From contig OX597826.1 in NCBI GenBank assembly GCA_951406725.2, positions 72,726,001 through 72,790,000 on the forward strand: a DNA stretch of 64,000 nt, read 5' to 3'. The notes below the pieces were generated by a model. That model was not told the DNA's origin, made no database searches, and was given only the letters and a program-made list of their open reading frames with translations. The position numbers and the translations under genes are program-made. Of this stretch, positions 39,561-52,965 are shown in pieces. This DNA comes from Octopus vulgaris (Eukaryota). The stretch's first letter is position 1, and every line of letters starts with the position of its first letter.

Positions 39561-39809
39561 GTTGGTGCATTATTATTGCGGCCTTTTTTCAACAAATTCT
39601 ATTCAATAAAAACAATAGTTCAATATGTAACAAAAACATCTTTAAATGATTATTCCTGAGCATATTCACCATCTACTTCAATTACTGCTTCCCATTTGCT
39701 TTGTAGACTGTTAGACCATCATTTAAAGATGTTTTTGCTGAATATTGTTATTGTTCTTGTTGAATAAAATTTGTTGAAAACAAGCTGCAATGATTATACA
39801 CCAACCCAA
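39557..39809. mobile_element. mariner-derived MITE with TA TSD and long TIRs
   Basis: TA|TTGGGTTGGTGCA...TACACCAACCCAA|TA; imperfect inverted arms of about 90 bp. Confidence 0.88.
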
Positions 39810-40291
39810 TATATCTACACACACCCTTCTTTAGATTATCCCTACTTCTGGACTCCTCATTGATTGTCTTACATCTGCCCCACTTGGAGAAATATTTAAA
39901 AAAAAATTAAGTCTTTATTTTATGCTCTTCATTACACTCTTTTAGCTTAATTAGCCAAATTCTTTGTTATTGACTTTCTTGAGTTAGTTCCCTTCTTTGC
40001 ATTTTTGATTTATGCAACTTACACTTGGCAAAAAAGATATTTAATTCTTATTCTCAATTAAGAGGGATGATGAGATATATTTAGAAAGTAAATTAAGTTT
40101 ATTTATTCATTTACATGATTAAATATATTTGGAAATGTTTTAAATTCTGTGCTGTCCTTCAACTTGCTGTAACTACATCTATGTTGCAACTGTTGACAAC
40201 AAACATAAAAACTTATCATGTGATGTGGTGTATTTATAATATTGATTTATAAAATTTGTACTCTTATTTTATTTTATTTTTTTATTCCCAG

Positions 40292-40420
40292 TTACTTGTT
40301 CGGGAAAAATGTAACCTGAATGTTCCGGATAAAGATGGTGATACGCCCCTCCACGAGGCATTGCGTCATCATACACTTTCACAACTTCGACAACTTCAAG
40401 ATATGCAAGATGTTAGCAGG
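40292..40420 (+). CDS. MIB1: MIB1 exon, ankyrin repeat (129 nt, phase 0 to 0)
   Basis: CCCAG acceptor and GTAAGG donor. Encodes [43 protein letters not shown]. Confidence 0.97.
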
Positions 40421-41119
40421 GTAAGGAATTACCATCTAACTACTTTAATATTGAACCAAACATTTGCAGTTTTGCAGAAAACCTCATTAAGGATTCCAAC
40501 ATTTTTTCTCTAATCTTTTGTACTAACACTTTATTTTTGTTGTGAATCTGACAGAAGGTGAGGCGTTGCTAATAAAATTTTTTAATTTGTTTCCAGATGT
40601 TTCTCTAACACTGGTCTTTACCTGTTGTCTTCCTACATCACTAGTCTGTTTCAAATGTCATTGATTTAGCATATATTCATCATCAAAGCAATTATGATGT
40701 TCCTTCGTTGTAGTCCACATATCAGCTCCATAGAGAAGAATACTCTCTCCATATGCCCGGAAGAAAACCAGCCGTGTTGGTTTTAAAGTAGTTGATTGGC
40801 AGATGTGAAACTTGTTACAAACCTTTGAGGCTTGTTCCTTGTGTGTCAGTAAGTCTCGTCTTGTGGATAGCAACATAAGGCCCAAAACCAAAGAGGAGAT
40901 CTAAGAATGCATTCCATCAATCTCTGCTATTACTGTTCCACATAGGGTAGGCTTTGCTGGTCACTGCTATCATACAGAACACCAAGGCATATTAGATGTT
41001 ATATTTTAGAGATTTCCACACCCCTAATAGAGGATGAAGACCACTCAACTACATAGGGATTGGTGGAGACATGCAACATAAAATTGAGGAAATGGGTGAC
41101 ACAATGGGTAATTAAAATG

Positions 41120-41445
41120 AACTCTGGAACTGACAGTAACTAGTGTGGATTCTGGAGTTGAGGGTAACTAGTCACCCTCTGGAGTTTAGCAGGGGGTTAT
41201 TAATCTGGGCCCTGGGAGTGAGGGTAAGCATATAGACTTTGGAGGTGAGGGTAACTTGTCTATGGCTGAAGATAACTAATCTCATGTCTAGTAGTTGGGG
41301 TAACTGGTCTGGTCTCTGGAGTTGAGGGTAACTATTCTAGTCCCAAGGATTGAGGGTGACTACTTTGGTTTGTGCAGTTGTAGGTACCTAATCTGACCTT
41401 TAAAGTTGAGGGCAACTAGTATGGTCTCTGGTGTTGAAGGTAGTG
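41120..41445. repeat. Degenerate minisatellite of about 40 bp
   Basis: Recurrent TCTGGAGTTGAGGGTAACT, roughly 8 units. Confidence 0.75.
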
Positions 41446-42006
41446 AGTTTGCCATCTTAGCCTTTGTAAGTGAAGTTATTGTTGCTAGGCTTCAGGTGTG
41501 GGGATGGCAACCTTGTCTTCTGGTGAGTTAATATGATGACTACACAGTATTAATTTGAAGTGAAGCTGAGATTTTTCTATAACTATTCTGATCTGTTAGC
41601 ATGGTCGTTAACTTTCAAATGCTTGATATTGTGTATGACTTTGTTCCAGTACTTCACATTTCATTCCAAACTAACATAAACATAACCTGAGACTGTATTT
41701 TGCTGCCTTTCAATCATATATTGCTAACATCATCATTTAGGTCATTATAATAGGCGCATTTTATAGTAGACTCTTTGGTTTATCAGTCGTAGGTTCTTGC
41801 ACCTCACTGGAAATGAAAGCAGTAAAAGTTGTAAGTCTGCCAGGGAGTGCTGTGTAGATTGTACTGTACTTGGTGGTTGTTTAGTTCATCTGGTTGTGGA
41901 AATGTCTTATCTTGACATAAGAATAACATTGTTAATTGTTACACAATGGAAAGAGTTGTACTGGAAAAGGAAGTAACAGAGGCCTGAAGCTTATGGACTA
42001 TGAGTT

Positions 42007-42038
<32 letters not shown>

Positions 42039-43832
42039 GGGAGAATGTGTGTGAGTCATAGTGAAGTTAGAAGAAAGTTGGTAGGATAAGATATAATGCA
42101 GTGTTGATTTGAAAGACTGATGCCGTATGAAGCAGCTGCAGTAGTTGTTTGTTATTTTAAGCAAAGAACGAATTGCACTTCTTGGAATTTGTCTTAGAGA
42201 ACACTTTCTGGTAAATGCCATAATGTGTAGCTGGGTGAAGAATGAAGAAGCTGGAGTAAAAGAAAGGCTGTGAAGACATTTCATGCTGTGTAGGAAGATA
42301 TTGCCAACAAGATGGAGATCAGCAGTGATTTCACATCTTCATAGTCTTTGTAGCATTAAATCTGAAGTTCAAGGTCAGAATATTTAGGAACTTTTATTGT
42401 TCACTGATGATCTGATTCTCGTAGAAATTTTTGAAGAACTGCAGAAAATGTTCCAAACTCAGGGTAGTTGAGACTTGATTATAAAGCATAACAAAACAAC
42501 TAGCTTTCAGTTCTGTGTACTTGATGTGTATTGCCAGTGTATAGGAAGTCAGTGTGGTGTTCTGTACATGTGTAAGAAGCTAGTTTTATGGACTGCATGT
42601 GTATAAGGAGTCAATTCAATGTACTGTATGCATGCAGAGAATCAGGGCTGCATATGGCTAGGAAGTTAGTTCTGTGTACCACACATGTGTGTAGGGAGTC
42701 ACTGTTATTTTATGTACTATACATGTCTAGAGAGTCATCATTCATCATCATCATCATCATTTAATGTCCACCTTCCATGCTGCCATGGGTTGAATGGTTT
42801 GACAGGAGCCTGCACCAGACTTTGGTGTCTGTTTTTGGCAGGGGTTTCATGGCTGGATGCCCTTCCTAACACCAACCACCCAACAGGGAATCTGCTTGTA
42901 ATGTATGACTCTGTAAAGTGTGTTCTGTATGTGTGTAGGGAGTTAGTGTTGTACACATGAAGGCAAGAAGTTGAGATCAAAACTAGTTACAAAATTTTTT
43001 CTCTTCTGAACAAAGAATAGACTGTATGAAGCATGTGTGAAGTATGTGATGCTGTAAAGATAACAAGACATAAGTGTTGAATGCAGGTCTATGGAGGTTC
43101 GACAGACTTAAGTATGGTGTGTTGGATAAGTGGGCCATCAGTGGCAGAATTAGTAGAGCTTTGGAGAAAAATACTTTGTGCTATTTTATTATGTTCCCTT
43201 ATGTTCTGGGTTCAAGTCTTGACTGGTATTTATTTTAATAAGTATCAGTTTACAATATTATGGCCTTACATGCTTGAGAGCGGTGCTCCAGCATAGTCAA
43301 AGTCGAGTAAGTGAAACTGAAGAATTACAGTAACTGTCATGAAAGATTGATGATGACAAAAAAAAAAAAACTAAAAAAATGTGTTGTACGTTAACCATAT
43401 CCGGCCAAAATATTCTCCCCTGTTTTATGTTCAAATTGGCCAGGTCTGGTCTCTCACACCAGCCCTACTATGTAATTCTAAAAATTAACAGTTACTTCAT
43501 CAAAATAAGTAAGCATAACTTTTGAGAGAATAATGTGAATGATAAAGGGTTAAAGGACTGTGTGTGAGTGTTAGTGTGAGAAGAAAGAGATGTGATGGGA
43601 GTTTAGTGAGTGAGAAGAAACTGATGGTGAGAGACAACTGTGGCAGGGTTACAGAAGTAGTTTGATACAAAAAAGTCGGGCCTTACAAATATTGCAGGAT
43701 TGTGAAAAAAAGGACAATATATAATGCACTACAGACCCAGCCAACCCACCCACAAGATAAAAAGGACAAATTATATCATTATTGTTATCATTATCATTAT
43801 ATTTATTGTGATTGTTACTGTTGTTATCTGTA

Positions 43833-43863
<31 letters not shown>

Positions 43864-46611
43864 TATTTTTAGTAATTACTGTGGCTTTTATTTAATTTCT
43901 CTAATTTACTACTTTCAATTCTATTCTTTCCTTGATTCCATCACTAATCTAGAGAAATTGCTAATCTTTTCTTTTCTTTTTTTTTTTTTTCTACTAAAAA
44001 AAAACGAAAATATTGCCTAAATGCAGCATGCTGTGACTTTGGTGTCTTTTGTCTAAGATTTCAGCAACAAAAATTACTAAAATGCTTCATAACTCTACCA
44101 AACACAATGAAGACAGTGTGGTTTATTTGGCGTGGCACTTCTTTTGTTTCATTTGCTTCAAAGTATCATGATATTTTCTTACATATTCTAAAATATATTT
44201 TATTTTTCTTGGAAATTTATTTAAAAAAAATAAATAAATAAATAAAATAAATAAAAATAAAATAACTTCTGTTTGCAATCACAGAACAAAAGCCTTGTGT
44301 TCAAATATGCCAAAACTACATTCAGCAGTGAAAATATATTCTAGTGCCAATACCAAGTATTACTCAACAGTGATTTCATATAAAAAGAATACATTATAAA
44401 TATACTTAGAAACCCCATATAACTCCCCAAACTGCAACAGGTCACATGTTTCTTTTACTAACAGGTCGTCTTTCTTTTCTGATCATTAAATGTGAAACTG
44501 AAGAAGCCAGCTCTGTATTTCCTGATGATTAGAAATGTTGGTTTTAAGTATGTCTGTATTGTCTTTTTTTTTATTTTCCAAATGAAATCCTTTAAGTTCT
44601 ACTTTGTAGTGGTGTCTAGAATATCTATATTCACTGTACGTTTGGCCTAAATTGACACGACCTTTGTTGTAGGATTGCAACCTCGTTACCAAAGATACCT
44701 GATAGAAAAGTAAAGCAAAATGTCTTGAAGATTTTTATGATCCAAGATATTTGTGAGCCAAAAGAAAGAATGAGCAAAATTTCTTGTATTCTAGGCTGTG
44801 GAACCATTTGGGGGGATGACTTCCATTGGCAACAACCCTGAGACTGATGCCAACTCCCAGCAAAATGCAGTTTGGAAAAGAACTACTGTAAGGGTTTATT
44901 TTCTGCACCACAGTCACTGCCAGCTGCTGCTGCTGCTGCCGTCTTTGCTTTTTTGCTTTCTTTGTCTCCATTTTCTCCTCTCTCTCTCTCTCCATCTCCA
45001 TCATCTTCCATCTTATGCCCTGCCATACAACCCCCTCTTTTCATCATCTCTTACCACCTCCAGTTTATTGATGGTCTGCTACTTCAACTATTGTCTTACT
45101 AACTGTACTGGCACTTGGTCTGTTGCAGTAGCACCTGGTATGCTGTCATCGTCGTTGTTGTCGTTGTTGTTGTTGTTGCAGCTACTGTAGTAGCACCTAG
45201 TCTGTTGTTACTGTCGTGGTAGCAACTGCTCTGTTGCCACTGAGGTAGCCATAATTGGTCTGCCAACAGATCACCTACATCTTTCATTGCAGCTGTTACA
45301 GTTACTACAGCGACTGCAGCCATACCTGGTCTGTTGCAGCTCTTACAGCTAACCTGGCCTGTTGTTGTAACTGCTGCTGCTGCTGCACTACCACTTGTGT
45401 TTTTTTATTTGAAAGCTTTCCTTATTCTTGTTCACCCTCCCGTCTCCTCAATTGTAAACACTGCAGTTTTACTTGAACCGTCCACAACTATATTAACCAC
45501 CCCAACACTACTATCACTGTTTGAAGTCTTTTTAAAAACATTTCCATTTGTTTTTCTAATTAATTAGTCAGAGGGAGAGGAATAGTGTCCATAAGGCAGG
45601 CCATCTCCCTTGTGAAATGGATAAGGTCAATGTTCAGATTGAACTTTGGTAGGTGAGGATAGAAGAGAATAAAGAGTTTAATATAAGATTTGAGTGAAGG
45701 AGAGAGAGACAGTTGTGTCAGCTGTGCTGGAGCAGATGCTGTATAAAGTGAACTAGTTCAGAAGAGAAAAGGCTCCTTTAGGGGCAATGAAAGAAGCTGA
45801 GGCAGGTGACAACAGGTTTGTGAGTCAGTGGTCAAAGCATATTGACACATGATTCTTTTAATTCATTTGAGTTCAGTCAGTTTGATGTCTTTTTGGATGT
45901 GGTTGAAGATATTTTTGTATGTTGTCACCAATATGGAAGCAGCACTATTTTGTGGGTTCCTTGTGCACTTTGTAGAGGTTCGGCAACTGATCAGGATGGA
46001 AATATTTCTTGCCACAAAGAGGAAACTTAGTTTGGGATACAGTTTCAACAATGAAGCCGGTTTAGCTCCAGCCCAGCCCTGATCAGGCAGATCAAACATA
46101 CTCTATCTGATTATCCCGACTACATTATCCAGTGTCTTCCTCTTTGAAGACAGCAAGGGTATGAGTTGACTATTGTTTTCAACACTCGTGTTCTTGGAGA
46201 AAATGGAAGGTCGGGTATGTTGTACTTATGTCTGGATGATAGTTGTGTGAAAAACATTAAGGAGAAGTATTGAATGGATTCATCTGCATAGGAATATGTT
46301 GGTTAGAAGTGACAGCAATTGGCTTAATGTACAGAAACAAGAGTGTAAGAGACGTTACTGAACTTTGGGGTCCACCAGAGTTGAAAGACTGTGGGCCAGA
46401 GAGAAGTAAGCTTGTTGGCACATGATGTAATTGTGTTGTTTAATAAAAAGCTCCTGGTTTATGAAATGTGTGGTGATGGGAGCCCAAAGGTGGTCAGTTT
46501 AGTCAGATAGGCTTTTCATTCTCAAGAGTGAGATCATTGGTATGTAACATAGCACAGTAAGCTCTGGTAGATCTGGCTTAACTAGAGACTATATTGGTGG
46601 TCATTGAGAAT

Positions 46612-46669
<58 letters not shown>

Positions 46670-47424
46670 CAGCTGATGAAAACAGTTGTTCACTACGGCT
46701 TCTACAAACCTTGAAACGTTGGAAGTGAGAGTGATAGATTGGTTGTTGGTTGGAACCTCATATTGCTGGCTGTTCCTTTTGGGAAGGGAACACTTCTTTT
46801 ACTTAATTGTACTTAAAATATTTTCTAAAATTTTATTTGTTTATTTGTAATTATTGTTTGTTGTATTAAAGTTTTACTAAATTCATTAAATCCCCAAAAC
46901 AGACCAGGTGATTAATAATTCATATTATAATTCTGAATAATTTAGGTATATTTACTATATGCAGTCAATTTGTTTAATTGTACATCATTTGCTGTTGCTA
47001 TTTCATCACTCTGAACTTAGTTTTCATATTGTCTTATAGTACTATCAGATTCTGTCCATTAGTTTGCCTGCAATCATTACTCTTGAGCTGTATATGCGAC
47101 TATTTTATTTTTTGCTTAGGAGTCCAGGTGGAAGGTAAAGTTAGATACAAGGGCCCAGGTCTGAGAGGGTTAAGTTTAGCAAATATAGTGGCTAATTATA
47201 AAACCAATATCACACTTACTTGTTCTGTTTGCAATCACAGAACAAAAGTCTTGTTCTAGCGTTTATTGTACGATGTTGATCAGACTGTAAAATGTTGGCC
47301 TCACAAAAAAAAAAAAAAGTGGTGTGAAGCATAGTGAAATGTGTCCAAAGTTTGCATCTTTTTATGTAACTGTCCATGGAGCTTAGGTTACAATAAAACA
47401 GTGTCGATGAATATCAGTTTCATA

Positions 47425-48041
47425 TTTTGGCACAAGGCCTGCAAGTTTCAGGGAGTTGGGTAAATCGATTACATTGACCCCAGTGCTCAACTGGTACTTG
47501 TTTTTATTGACCCTGAAAGAATGAAAAGTAAAGTCAATCTTGGCAGAATTTGAACTCAGAATGTAAAAATGGATGGAATACCTATTTCTTTACTAGCCAC
47601 AAGAGGCTAAACACAGAGGGGACAAACAAGGACAGACAAACGGATTAAGTCGATTATATCGACCCAAGTGCGTAACTGGTACTTATTTAATCAACCCTGA
47701 AAGGATGAAAAGCAAAGTCGACCTTGGCGGAATTTGAACTCAGAATGTAGCGGCAGACAAAATACCGCAAACCATTTCACCCAGCATGCTAATGTTTCTG
47801 TCAGCTCGCTGCCTTTCCTCTTTAATACAGTAGGGTTCGCCACCACCTCCTGCTGGAGCCTCATGGAGCTTTAGGCGTTTTTGCTCAATAAACATTCACA
47901 ACGCCTGGTCTGAGAATCGAAACCGCGATCCTACGACCGCGAGTCCGCTGCCCTAACCACTGGGCCATTGCGTCTCCACTGGATGAAATACCGCTAAGCA
48001 TTTTGCCCGGCTTGTTAATAATTCTGCCAGCTCACTGCCTT
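47425..48041 (-). mobile_element. Old family A SINE containing a nested composite SINE (47583-47979)
   Basis: The two host halves join once the insert between TGGATG(G/A)AATACC repeats is removed. Confidence 0.85.
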
Positions 48042-48639
48042 AGAGTGTCCACGAATATTAGTCATGTTAGATGTTCTAAGAATACATAAGTTCTTCCAAC
48101 GAAATTGGTTCAATCACGTTGTGATAATCTTTGTGAAAATTGTAACATGATGTCTGTTGTAGAAATGTAATTAAAGGTCTCTTTGGTTAGTACAAGCAAC
48201 AGTATAATCTGTATCTGTAACAGACACTGATTCTTAGTCTTATGTACTGAAAACTGGTAGGATTATTGGCTGTAATGTGCTAGTGACTTCATTATAACAT
48301 GGCTTTCTGTAAAGCTAGTCAGTAGAGAAATGGGAAGAGTTAATCTATACTTTTTTAATCTTGGGAGGGTCATTATGCTAATTATAAACACATGCACTGG
48401 TTCTGTTTCTCTTCTTTAATTAGTCTATTTGTTAACACTTAACCAGTTAACTAATCGATTGTTTGAATAATGGTTCAGTCAAGCTATCAATCAGCTATGT
48501 TTGTCAAAGTTCTTTCATCACTGTTTGTGACCTTATCAATGACTTACCCTCTTTACTAGGGATCTGCTTCACATGGAACAGCTTGGACAAACCTTGCTGT
48601 AAATATTTGACACACAGTTCGACAAATCACTGTCTGTTG

Positions 48640-48900
48640 TTCTTTTATGTATAGCTCAACTAGTGCACACACGTATCACTGTATTGACCAGGCTGTCAGA
48701 GGTTATATGTCACTGGTCACAATGCACTTCCAATTCTTTCTTGATTGTGCCATTCTTTTCCATTTTGGCCCAAATCATTTAACTGAATCATCTTCCCATA
48801 ACCATGGAGGTTTTCTGAGTGGCCCTTTCCAACCTCTTGGATACCACTCTGCTGCTGCATGGGTCCACCTGTTGTCTATGAACCTTGCAATACGTCCAGC
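48640..48900 (-). mobile_element. RTE-like LINE 3' end
   Basis: Minus strand reads RIARFIDNRWTHAAAEWYPRGWK.P..KP..W, typical of an RTE C-terminus. Confidence 0.65.
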
Positions 48901-49889
48901 CTAGCAGAATTTATGCTTTCAGTATTCTGTGATTACGTTATTCACCCTGCTCTGTTCTCATATACCTTTTGCTTATATGCGGTGCATCAGCATGGCCGCA
49001 GCTCTGAGCTGAAACAATAAAAAATATATATATATATATATGCATGAAATAATATCATTATGGAGGCAACACAGGTGGAGTCTAAAAGAACATAATAAAA
49101 ACACGCATCCAAAACTTATATATAAATATATATATTCTCTATAAAATGGACATAAAATTCCAAAATACACAAATATATATAAATAGACAATATCAATGCA
49201 ATGCATAAAATATGATTGGATTTAAATAAAAACAATTGAATTTAAGAAAATATCATTTTTAATTACATTTAAAATCGTACATTGTATGATGACATTTTAA
49301 AATTTAACTTGAAAGGATCAAGTATTAAAGACAAATTAAAACCTACGAAAGAAAAATATAAACATCATATCTATGGGCCGTTTCAGAGATGTGTCAAGGA
49401 ATATGACATATTCCATATTATTAATCAAGGCACTCCCTTCATTGGGATGTTACACTAAGTTCATAAATACATCTACATACCAGGCCATATATATATATAT
49501 ATTATGATAATACAGCCTGATTGGCACTCGTGCCAGTGGAACGTTAAAAGCACAACTGAGCATGATCATTGCCAGGGCCACTGATTGGCTCCCGTGCCGG
49601 TGGCACATGAAAAGCACCATTTGAGCGTGATCATTGCCAGTGCTGCTGAACTGGCCCCCATGTAGGTAGCATGTAAAAAACACCTTTTGAGCATGGTCCT
49701 GACTGGCCCTTGTGCCAGTGTCATGTAAAAGCACCCACTACACTCTCGGAGTGGTTGGCGTTAGGAAGGGCATCCAGCTGTAGAAACCTTGCCAGATCAT
49801 ATTGACTCTGGTGCAGCCTCTGGCTCACCAGTCCTCAGTCAAACCATCCAACCCATGCCAGCATGGAAAGTGGACATTAAATGATGATT

Positions 49890-50960
49890 AAAGTGATAAA
49901 GTTAATGTCTGGTCATAGAGTAACCAATGGTTTCACATCCATGGAAACTTTAGTTTTGTGGACGACTCACCAGACTCTCGTCAGAAGACAAAATTCTTCA
50001 CCTCTTGGAGGTGGAAAGTTGTTATGGTCATTGGTCAAAGAGCATCAGAGAATAAAAGGTCTGGTGATGGTGAGGACAGGTTATCTCCACTAGACCAGCT
50101 GTTTGGAGAAGGGAATAAGGGATGTATCCTTTCTAATGGATTGTAAGGACTCTTCTGAGCTTAGTCAGTGGACGGGGAACCCCATGTTTGCATGGTGGCA
50201 TGGTGTGAAGATTTCTTGGTGAGTATCCAGCAACCCAGGTTTTAGGGAGTCTTTAAATATCCTAGTTTGCTCAGCTATATGCAACTTGTAGCATCCACTC
50301 CTGTTGATGTAGGCACCCAGCCATTCTAAGATCTTCCACTTGATATCGTATGGTGCCCCTTGATCTTTGAGGTGTCATGCATAGCTGGCCAGGGATATGG
50401 CAAATCGTCTTTCTGGCACCCTGAATGAGGACCTGTGTTTGTATAAGCATTGCTTGAAAGCCATACTGGCTGATCCAATGTATTTCCAGGCTTGGGTGTT
50501 GGCTGTGTTCACATTACTGGTGCATCCTACCAGTTCACACAGCTGTGCTAATTTTCTGATTTCCTTCTCTAAATCTAATGTTTTTTGGGGTTTTCATTTA
50601 CTAGTCCCTTAGAATAATTTTGTCCCATTTGTCTTGCTCCAGACTCATTTGGATATTGCTGCCGAATCTGTGTGATATTCAGGATATATTGCTTGGGGTG
50701 TAGTAGATAGTAAGGAGTTCTGTATGGTTGCACAGACATGTATGGAGTTTTGCATAATAACAAGGGACTTTATGTGGTTTTGTGTTGTAATGAGGATACT
50801 GGAATTGGCAGTTTTTCATTATTTCTATATTCTCGTGGACAGTAGATAAGGAAAAACCTTTTCCAATTATGCTTATCTTCAGTGAAGTGTGTGGGAGACC
50901 AGGTGACATTGGAAACGATATTTTTCCTTAGGCTGGGTGGCCGGTGCAGTTGGTGGTGTT
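49890..50960 (-). mobile_element. Penelope-like element 3' part: RT C-terminus, GIY-YIG endonuclease and pseudo-LTR
   Basis: Minus strand translates to KYIGSASMAFKQCLYKHRSSFR..SLASYA*HLKDQGAPYDIKWKIL..CYKL..AEQ..I..LLDTHQEIFTPCHH; upstream HRPPSLRKNI; hammerhead downstream. Confidence 0.85.
49917..49978 (-). ncRNA. Type I hammerhead ribozyme motif, degenerate (A6 to G)
   Basis: Minus strand AGAGT-CTGGTGA-GT-CGTCCA...TGGATG-T-GAAA-CC-ATT-GG-TT|ACTCT; stems I, II and III all pair. Confidence 0.72.
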
Positions 50961-52308
50961 GCCGATGCAATTAATCAATGTGCATGTGGTGCAACAATGT
51001 TTTTATACAACACCTACACCCCAGGTGTTTGTTATTAGTTGCACCGATGTACTAGAAAACAAGATAGAAAACAAGATAGTTTCATGTCTAACTGACCCTG
51101 ATGCTGCTGCTGCTATTGATGATGATGATGGTGATGATGCTATGATGACTCATGGATGAATTGGTTGGTTGGAGAGTGGGAGAGGAAGTGGTTTATGGCA
51201 AACATCTGTTTTTTATTGATGACAGTCTGTGTGTGTTTGTGTATGCGTGTGTGTGTGTGTGTGAGAGTGAGAGATGAACGGTGGGGGTGGGGACTGACAG
51301 GGCATTGTGACATGGACATTTAATGAAAAGATGCTAAAAATACACACGTAGACAGGCAAGAAGAATGGAATGCAGCAGAGGATGTTAGAACTTGAGGAGT
51401 CTGGCAGTAGAGACATCCACACGTTTGTTGTTTATCTCTCGGCCAGTCTTGATCCAGAAAACCTGCAATTGAAGACATGGCCATCCAGGAATACGTTAGC
51501 GAATACCCAATGTATCTTTTCTTCTCTTAAAGTGAATATGATGTCATTTGAGGAAAATTTGGCTGCTGTTTCTAGTATTGTGCATGATTGTGGTATAGCA
51601 GGTGCATTCACTTGTGTAGTTGTTTTTGTTAGTTACTTATGAAGTGAGGTGAGGAGAGAGGTGTGGAAGATGTTTGGAGAAGGATGGTGATGGAGTTGTA
51701 ACCAAGGTGGATCTGTTTGTTGGATAAATGTCAAGTTGTTAGAAGTGGGAGGTAGTGGTGGGGGTGGTAGCTAAACCTTGAGAAATTAGTGCTCACTGTT
51801 GCATCAGTAAAGTTTTAAAATATGTCTGGAGTCTGGGGACATGAAGTTGTTCAGTGCACAACATCTGTGAAGTCTTGAACAACTCTGCTGTGATGAAGAT
51901 GGTGGTGGTGGTGATGATGGGCTGATGATGGTAATGGCAATGGTGGTGGTGGTGGTGTTGATAGTGGTGATGATGGTAGTCATGGTGATGATGATGGTAA
52001 TGGCAGTGGTGGTGGTGCTGCTGCTGATAGTGATGATGGTGGTGGTGGGGATGTTGGTAGTGGTGGTGGCGGTGATGATGATTGTATGATGGTGTGACTG
52101 ATGATCATGATGTTATGATGGTGGTGATATGATGATGATGATGATGGTGATGGTGGTGGAAACGATTATATGCTGATGGTATTGCAATGTTGATGATGAG
52201 ATGATGGTAATGGTTGTTAAGATGATATGATAAAGATTGGTGATAATGATGATGATGATGATACTGAAGGTGATAACAACAAATCTTGTTTTTTTTTGTT
52301 TTTTTTTT

Positions 52309-52502
52309 ATGTATTTTCTGGCATACAAGTCAAATTCTTCAGACCAAAATTTACATCCGAAAAAGGTAGGTCAACTTATACACAAAGATGATTTTGGAGA
52401 ACCAAAAGTTCCATGTAAAATGCAGCAAAATTTGGGAAGATAATGATGATGTTTGAATGTTTACACTATATACAACATTGATTTGTATGCTGGAAAATAC
52501 AG
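52309..52502. mobile_element. Tc1/mariner-type MITE, degenerate
   Basis: Inverted termini GTATTTTCTGGCATACAA and TTGTATGCTGGAAAATAC. Confidence 0.6.
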
Positions 52503-52749
52503 TAATGGTTTCAGTGTCCTCTAAGATATATCTATGGATATCTTGTAAATAAAAGATATATTTGTTAGTCAGTCTGTATGCCTGTTTGCCTGTATATTAC
52601 AGAAGAAAGGTGCATGGCTTTGTGGTTAGGGTGTTGGGCTTATGACCATAAGCTCATGGGTTCAATTCCTTAACTGGGTGGCCCATTGTGTCTTTGAGCA
52701 AGGCACTTCATTCCACATTACTCCATTCTATTCTGCTGAAATGAATACC

Positions 52750-52965
52750 TATATCTTTACTACCCACAAGGGGCTAAACAAGGACAAACAAACGGATTAA
52801 GTCGATTATATTGACCCCAGTGCGTGACTGGTACTTATTTAATCGACCCCGAAAGGATGAAAGGCAAAGTTGACCTCAGCGGAATTTGAACTCAGAACGT
52901 AGCGGCAGACGAAATACCGCTAAGCATTTCGCCCGGTATGCTAACGCTTCTGCCAGCTCGCCGCC
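52750..52965 (-). mobile_element. SINE family A nested in a family C-like SINE; 14-bp TSD
   Basis: CTGAAATGAATACC at 52736-52749 and 52966-52979. Confidence 0.92.
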
